A stretch of 43,960 nt of DNA, taken from assembly GCA_019411205.1 (NCBI GenBank), contig DXRF01000003.1:1-43960 (forward strand), given 5' to 3'. The number at the start of each line of letters is the position of its first letter. Within the stretch, counting starts at the first letter, position 1. The stretch is from Parabacteroides sp. GTDB taxonomy: Bacteria; Bacteroidota; Bacteroidia; Bacteroidales; Tannerellaceae. Position numbers and translations under genes: made by a program. This document shows positions 37,873 to 43,960 of this stretch, one piece after another. The notes under the pieces were generated by a model that made no database searches, was not told the origin of the DNA, and worked only from the letters and a program-made list of their open reading frames with translations.

Positions 37873-38190
37873 CTATTCCATGTAAAACACTTCTTCGAAG
37901 AATTTTGATCGCGGAGAATAATCCAAATTCGTCTCCATGATATCAGACATATACTTCCACCACTTTTGCATAACAACATTATTCCCTAAATCTTGCGAGG
38001 AAGCACCTTCTTTCTTTTTTTGAAAACCAAACAGCTCATTAGTTTCTTGATCCCAAAAAATAGAATATTCGTAAATCCCATTTTTTCTTAATAATAACAC
38101 AATCTCCGGCCAGATCTCTCTATGTCTTTTTTGATACTCCTTTTCACATCCTGGTTTCAAAAACATCTTAAACATCACTCTTTCTTTCAT
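37873..38190 (-). CDS. rhaM: L-rhamnose mutarotase
   Basis: 105 aa; EYQKRHREIWPE, YSIF, MQKWWKYMSDIM and EEVFYM motifs. Confidence 0.9.
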   Translation of the reverse strand: MKERVMFKMFLKPGCEKEYQKRHREIWPEIVLLLRKNGIYEYSIFWDQETNELFGFQKKKEGASSQDLGNNVVMQKWWKYMSDIMETNLDYSPRSKFFEEVFYME

Positions 38191-38202
38191 GCAATAATTG
38201 TA

Positions 38203-41200
38203 TTAAATACTTAATAAATAACAATCGTTCCTCTCTAATCGATTCAACCGCAACAAAGCTTCAAGATAATAATAATCTGCATAAACAATTGAACAATCGG
38301 ATATTATTTTTGACTTCCCTTCTACTGAATGCAAAAGAAATGCATTATTTACATCTCGACTTTGATATACATCTTTCGATAAAGAATTCAACATTTTTTC
38401 CGCACAAGACAAATAAAAAACAGATTCTTTATAAGATGAAACAAACATCGAAAGTTCAATTAAGGCAGAAGAGACAATTGCTGCAGATGATGCATCTTTT
38501 AGAGCAAAAGGAATAGTAGGATCATCAAAATCCCAATAAGGGATCATATCAATTGGTAATCGTTTTAAATAACAATCTGTTATTTTTTTTGCAAATTCGA
38601 GAAAACGTTTATCACCTGTTTCCCGATAAACCATCGTAAACCCATAAATAGCCCATGCTTGTCCTCTTGCCCACATAGAATTGTTTGCATACCCCTGATA
38701 AGTAACTCCTTTAATTTTTTTACCTGTAATTGTATCGTATACAATTACATGATAAGAAGAATTATCATTTCTAAAATGATTGTACATTGTTGTTTCAGCA
38801 TGTTTAAACGCAATATCATATAGTTTTTTATCTCCACCGTTCTTACTCGCCCAAAATAACAACTCTAAATTCATCATATTATCTATTATTGTATTATGAG
38901 GCCAATTCATATTCTTTCTACGAAAAGGCCAAGATAAAATTGTCCCAACTTTTGGATTATAAAGAGTCGATAACGTATCAGCAGCGCGTAGAAGTACTTG
39001 CCTATAAGTAGTATCCTTAGTCAAACGATAGCCATTTCCCAAACTACAAAAAAGCTGAAAACCTAAATCATGGTCTTTTGCCGGAGATAAAGACAAAGAA
39101 AATAAATTCTGACAATAAATATTAGCTCTATCTTTCCATACAACATCTTTTGTATAATCATAAAGATACCATAATATACCAGGCCAAAATCCAGAAGTCC
39201 AATCAGATTTCTTACTTAAGCTCCAACTTTTCTGCCCTACACTAATTCGCCTAGGAAACTCATTACCTGGAGTAAATTCTTTAAATGCTTTCTCTGCCTG
39301 TTTTAAACAATAAGACAAGTTATTTAAAACATCTACTTTCTCATCCTTTTGCCAACTAATCTTATCTTTTCTCAGAGAAGAAGGTTTTATACGCACAGTA
39401 AGTTTCTGATTTCCACTCTTTTTTGTGACATTTAAAATTACTCGATAAAGAGAATCTCCCCATAATCGTTTCATTTTAGGGTCTTTCATTTCCAATGTTT
39501 CAATATTTAGCGAAAATTCCGAAGGATTATAAATCATCTGTAAACCAAAATCTTTTCCTATTAAATCTAACATACCAGACTCGCTCTCCTTACAAACTAA
39601 TGGAGTCATAAATACCAATTGAATATTATTACAATTCTCCTCTAAATAGAAATTTTCTTGTATATTAAAACTTTTATTCCGTTGTAAAGTATATGTTCTC
39701 TGCCATTTCTTAACTTTAGCATGTTCAGAATAAGCCTTTGCTATATCTGTAGAGAATACAACTCGATCTTTGGATACTGAGAATTTTGAATTCTGAGCTT
39801 TATATTGCTTTCCAGCCATTTGCATACAACCATTTATTATCGGAAGATTATGATATCCGGACTGCATCGTCCAAATCTTATATCTATCAGAACTAAATGT
39901 TTCTCTAGTGTATGTTCCAACTCCTACATCAACCAAAACTGGTTCACCATTATAAAATAAAATAAATGAACCTACATCGTTATGATTATGTCCTTCACCA
40001 TTATGACCTCCTTTAGCAGCAAAATAAAATCCATCTACCTTCCCTTCGCAATCCCGTGCGATTGCGACATCTAAGTCAGGGAAATAATAATCAGAAATTA
40101 ATGGTTCTTTCGGCTCTACATTCTGATCTTTGTAATCAAACCTATTAGCCAACACATCGCCTATATGCCCAGATAATGGATGATTATTATAATCATATTT
40201 TTCCTTTAAAAAAGAAGCAAATTTTTCCATCATAGAACTTTGTATATTTTTTCCCCCACGAAAAATTTTCATTGGTTCATGTTTTATCTGAGCAGGTGCA
40301 TCTGAAAAATTAATATAATACAATCCCTTTGATATATAAAAACGACATATATACTCTCCCATATTTTTAATAATATCTTCACTAAAAATATCAATCTTCC
40401 CCTGAGTATTTTTTTTCAACAAATCCAAATAATCAAATAATTTACCTACTGCTGCCCCCCAATAAGAAGGGCCTTCATCACATCCTCCATCATTCGGATA
40501 AGCATTAATGAAAAGATCAACAGAACGCATTGTTTTATAAATACCATCTAAACGTTTTTGTGGATCGTCTTCCAACAACAATATACATGTCAACATATTA
40601 TAATTACACCAAGGAGTCCAATTATTCACATCTCCTTTATTCCAACCTGTAATCCACCAAAAATCATTACGCTGATAAAAGGGAATAAGCACTTTATCTT
40701 TCAACTCTTGCCTTATACGTTTCGATATAATAGGGCTAATTTTATCAAACTCATGATGAAATAAATACCATATCCAAGCAAGATTAGCTGCAACATCACC
40801 AACAAAAAGATCTATTATTGGGTTTGTATTATCTGGTAAAACTGTTTTAGGATTTGATATGGATCCACCATATTCATATAAATAAAAATGTGCAGAAGCT
40901 CCCCAATAAGTCTGTTCACAATAAGCGAACAGACCATTTATTATATCATCCATAAAACGCCCTTTCCCTTCCACTAACTCGGCAAAACAAAGAGTTTGTA
41001 AAATACTCAAACGCCTAGCTATAGCATTGTCTACAACACCTCTATTTCCAGTTCTTGTAAAATCAAGATACATAGAAGGTAATATAGCAGGCCATTTATA
41101 TCCAATATATTTTTCACCTTCTTGAACTGTTTTCATTTTCACAACAGAAGGAAGAGTTTCCCAAGCATGCCTATCATGATATCCCGGATATTGAATCCAA

Positions 41201-41328
41201 TCAGTACCTCTATCACTAAAATCAAAAACATATTGACGTGAATACTTATTTATAAGCAAGTCTCTTTTTTCTCTTGCTCCAAGATGCACGGAACAATAAA
41301 GAAATAATATAATCCAATATTTCATCAT
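38203..41328 (-). CDS. Fusion of a heparinase II/III-like polysaccharide lyase (PL33-like) and a GH88 unsaturated glucuronyl hydrolase
   Basis: Signal peptide from MMKYWIILF (41328). N-terminal NNWTPWC, DEGPSYW and KGGHNGEGHNHNDVGSF; C-terminal WTSGFWPG, DHDLGF, IIDNMMNL, WARGQAW and YADYYYLEAL; one uninterrupted frame. Confidence 0.82.
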   Translation of the reverse strand: MMKYWIILFLYCSVHLGAREKRDLLINKYSRQYVFDFSDRGTDWIQYPGYHDRHAWETLPSVVKMKTVQEGEKYIGYKWPAILPSMYLDFTRTGNRGVVDNAIARRLSILQTLCFAELVEGKGRFMDDIINGLFAYCEQTYWGASAHFYLYEYGGSISNPKTVLPDNTNPIIDLFVGDVAANLAWIWYLFHHEFDKISPIISKRIRQELKDKVLIPFYQRNDFWWITGWNKGDVNNWTPWCNYNMLTCILLLEDDPQKRLDGIYKTMRSVDLFINAYPNDGGCDEGPSYWGAAVGKLFDYLDLLKKNTQGKIDIFSEDIIKNMGEYICRFYISKGLYYINFSDAPAQIKHEPMKIFRGGKNIQSSMMEKFASFLKEKYDYNNHPLSGHIGDVLANRFDYKDQNVEPKEPLISDYYFPDLDVAIARDCEGKVDGFYFAAKGGHNGEGHNHNDVGSFILFYNGEPVLVDVGVGTYTRETFSSDRYKIWTMQSGYHNLPIINGCMQMAGKQYKAQNSKFSVSKDRVVFSTDIAKAYSEHAKVKKWQRTYTLQRNKSFNIQENFYLEENCNNIQLVFMTPLVCKESESGMLDLIGKDFGLQMIYNPSEFSLNIETLEMKDPKMKRLWGDSLYRVILNVTKKSGNQKLTVRIKPSSLRKDKISWQKDEKVDVLNNLSYCLKQAEKAFKEFTPGNEFPRRISVGQKSWSLSKKSDWTSGFWPGILWYLYDYTKDVVWKDRANIYCQNLFSLSLSPAKDHDLGFQLFCSLGNGYRLTKDTTYRQVLLRAADTLSTLYNPKVGTILSWPFRRKNMNWPHNTIIDNMMNLELLFWASKNGGDKKLYDIAFKHAETTMYNHFRNDNSSYHVIVYDTITGKKIKGVTYQGYANNSMWARGQAWAIYGFTMVYRETGDKRFLEFAKKITDCYLKRLPIDMIPYWDFDDPTIPFALKDASSAAIVSSALIELSMFVSSYKESVFYLSCAEKMLNSLSKDVYQSRDVNNAFLLHSVEGKSKIISDCSIVYADYYYLEALLRLNRLERNDCYLLSI

Positions 41329-41342
41329 TCTTGTTAGTTCGT

Positions 41343-42983
41343 TTATTCCCATCCAGGATTTTGTGTTAATTTATCATTAATATCTCGTTCAGCTTCAGGT
41401 ATAGGGAATAAATAATATTTCTCTGAAAACTTTCTTGTAAAAAGTTTTTCTCCCCTAAAATCGAGCACATCATGATTCATCCCAAAAATAGGATCATCAG
41501 TCGCTGCAGTTCTCCATCTCCTCACATCAAAAAACAAATGTCCTTCACCTGGAAATTCATGAAACCTTTCCAATCGAATGAACTTTCTCATGCCATCTTT
41601 GTCTAATCCATCAGGTAAATTAACTAGTCCAGCTCTCTCCCTAACTAAATTCACAGCATCATAAACATTCTTTAATGGCCCGTGGGCTTCATTTAACGCT
41701 TCCGCATACATTAAAAGAATATCCGCAAATCGGATCAAAGGTATGTCATTTGGAGAATCCCAACGAACTGCGTTTTCATTCCCTGTATTCACAAATTTTC
41801 GCCATGAATACAACGCATAACCAGAAAACTCTATACGATAAGCAGGAGGTGTTGCCCCCGCATACTCAGCATAAGGCCAATAAACCTTATAAATTGTACT
41901 ATTTAAACCTATAAAAGTATCTGTAGGCATAATAATATTTGCTTGTAATCTCTTATCTATACTTTTTACATTCAATATTTTCTCATACCATTGCATTAAA
42001 TCTTTCCCATATTCATATTCATCATTATAATCGGAAGATTTAGGACGAGTAGTCAAATCTATAGGAGTTCCATCACAATAGGTATAAGTTGAAAATGGAA
42101 TATGGGAAGCCATACAGTAAGATTGTGCATAGGAATAGGTAGAACGCCCACCATACCATTGATCATAATCACTACCTAAATTAGTTTCCATCACCATTTG
42201 AAGAGCATATACATATTCCGGATTATTTTTTTCCCATTTATAATCAAACAACTGATTATATTCTGGACATAATTTATAAGAGAATGGAGAGGATAATAAC
42301 TGTTTAAATTGTTCTACAGCATTCTCCCATTCCTCTTCATATAGATACAGTTTCCCAAGCATAGCAATAGCTGCCCCTTTTGTCACTCTTCCATAATCAG
42401 TATCTGGATAAGATACAGGAAGCAACTCTATAGCATCTTTAAAATCTTTTATAACAAACTGTTTAACTTCATCCACTGTATTACGTGGTAGATATGTATC
42501 TTCTGGAGATAAAACTTTATCAAGTATTATTACTCCTCCAAATAACTGATATAAATAGAAATAGGATATACCTCTAAAAAATTTAGCCTCTCCAATCATT
42601 CTTTGAGCTAAATCGGTTGTTATATTAGGATTATCTTGTAAATTAGGAATCGCATCATTTGCTCCTCGTATTACTCGATAAAAAGATTGATATATAGACA
42701 AAAATGTCCCATATCTATTTGTTGCTGTATTAGTTTCTACTTGAGAATCCCGAAAATAATTAAACCCATCTGGTCCCCAACGTGTAAAATTATAACAATA
42801 ACCATGTAATGCATCAGTATTATTAGCAGCTCTATAAATCCCATTGATAGCCATTAAAGCATTATTATCAGAAGTCCATGCGAGATTCTGAGAAATAGAA
42901 TTATACGGAGTTCTATCAAGGAAATCACTACATCCTAATAAAATAGAACAACAAAAACTTATCAAATATACGATCTTTTTCAT
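41343..42983 (-). CDS. SusD/RagB family glycan-binding lipoprotein
   Basis: Lipobox LLGC; GEAKFFRG, GRVTKGAA, IRFADILLMYAEA, VRERAG, RLERFHEFPGEG and terminal QNPGWE. Confidence 0.95.
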   Translation of the reverse strand: MKKIVYLISFCCSILLGCSDFLDRTPYNSISQNLAWTSDNNALMAINGIYRAANNTDALHGYCYNFTRWGPDGFNYFRDSQVETNTATNRYGTFLSIYQSFYRVIRGANDAIPNLQDNPNITTDLAQRMIGEAKFFRGISYFYLYQLFGGVIILDKVLSPEDTYLPRNTVDEVKQFVIKDFKDAIELLPVSYPDTDYGRVTKGAAIAMLGKLYLYEEEWENAVEQFKQLLSSPFSYKLCPEYNQLFDYKWEKNNPEYVYALQMVMETNLGSDYDQWYGGRSTYSYAQSYCMASHIPFSTYTYCDGTPIDLTTRPKSSDYNDEYEYGKDLMQWYEKILNVKSIDKRLQANIIMPTDTFIGLNSTIYKVYWPYAEYAGATPPAYRIEFSGYALYSWRKFVNTGNENAVRWDSPNDIPLIRFADILLMYAEALNEAHGPLKNVYDAVNLVRERAGLVNLPDGLDKDGMRKFIRLERFHEFPGEGHLFFDVRRWRTAATDDPIFGMNHDVLDFRGEKLFTRKFSEKYYLFPIPEAERDINDKLTQNPGWE

Positions 42984-42994
42984 TTTATTTCATA

Positions 42995-43935
42995 TTAAAA
43001 ATTAACATTTAAACCCACAGAAATAGTTTTCATTAAGGGATAAGTAGTATCTGCATTACTACTTGAACCTGTTGTTTCAGGATCCATCCCCGGATATGAC
43101 GTAAACGTGAAGAAATTCTCCATATTTACATACACCCTTAATTTATCAATACCAATCTTTTTGGTTAACAGCGATGGAACAGTATACCCCAGCTGCAACG
43201 TTTTAATTCGCAAATAATCCGCACTATGAAGATGATAATCTGATTGTTGTTGATTTTTCGCATTACTCACATATACTTTAGGAATAGTCGTATTATGATT
43301 TTCATCCGTCCACTGATTAAGTAAATAAGTTGGATAGAGATAACCTTGTACATATTGATTTAAACTAAAAAACTGTGAGGAGGTATATCTATCCCATCCT
43401 AAAACACCATTAACCAGCATATAAAAATCAAAATCTTTATAATTCAAAGAAATATTTCCACCATAAGTAAAAACAGGAATAGGATTTCCTTTTAAAATTC
43501 GATCATCATCATTAATTTTTTTATCCCCATTTTGATCCTTATATAAAAAGTCTCCCGGTCCTGGAGTAGAAGGACTAAACGTCCACCCCTGCGCTAACAA
43601 GGCATCAATTTCACCCTGATCTTGGACGATATGATCAATTTCACGTACCCAATATTTTCCAATAGGCATTCCTTCTGTCCAGACCCCTTGTCCATGTGCC
43701 TCTAACAAATCTCCTTTATATTTTTCTATCACATTCTTATTAATTGTGCCATTAACTCCCAAAGAAACTTCTACTGGACCAAAAGTATTCCGATAATTCA
43801 GATCAAACTCAAATCCTTTATTTCTAACTTTTGCACTATTTACTTTTGGAGATGTCAATCCTCCATTAACATAGGGAATAGGTAAACTAGCTAAAATACC
43901 ATGAGTATATTTATCATAATAATCCAATGTTAAAG
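42995..43935 (-). CDS. SusC/RagA TonB-dependent transporter, C-terminal part (5'-truncated)
   Basis: DYYDKYT.GIL, VRNKGFEF, PGDFLYKDQNGD, YLRIKTLQLGY, MDPE and terminal GLNVNF; directly upstream of susD. Confidence 0.93.
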
Positions 43936-43960
43936 CTGTCTCTTATACACATCTCCGAGC
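43936..43960 (+). other. Nextera/Tn5 mosaic-end adapter read-through (sequencing artefact)
   Basis: CTGTCTCTTATACACATCT followed by CCGAGC, the start of the Nextera adapter, at the very end of the window. Confidence 0.97.

Noticed and set aside
43936..43954. Tn5/IS50 transposon insertion into susC
   Set aside because: The mosaic end is synthetic, is followed by Nextera adapter bases and sits at the window edge; no transposase is present.

Overview
Bacteroidales chromosomal DNA, probably Parabacteroides (inferred from gene content and TAnnTTTG promoters). The window looks like a whole contig: it starts inside a (TAAATCA)n heptamer array and ends in Nextera/Tn5 adapter read-through (43936-43960). 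Bases 63-37810 are mostly core genome: a methyltransferase, an AT-rich outer-membrane beta-barrel gene, pduO, DUF2795, the type IX secretion operon porPKLMN, a transglutaminase-like lipoprotein, a K+/H+ antiporter, dapB-lepB-lepB-like-wbqC, DUF2851, an Ig-like lipoprotein, DUF3108, an NtrC-type two-component pair, GH95 plus a sulfatase, kdgK-eda-uxaC, porW/sprE, a metal ABC permease and aroA. Bases ~37860-43935 are a visibly AT-rich polysaccharide utilisation locus (PUL): truncated susC, susD, a heparinase II/III-like lyase fused to GH88, and rhaM. The most notable observations are the lyase-GH88 fusion with rhaM (a candidate gellan or Rha-GlcA glycan system), a susD remnant missed by the ORF track upstream of GH95, heptamer-built inverted repeats around eda, a 22-bp palindromic repeat array, and a signal peptidase paralog lacking its catalytic residues. 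All family calls come from motif recognition; no searches were run.
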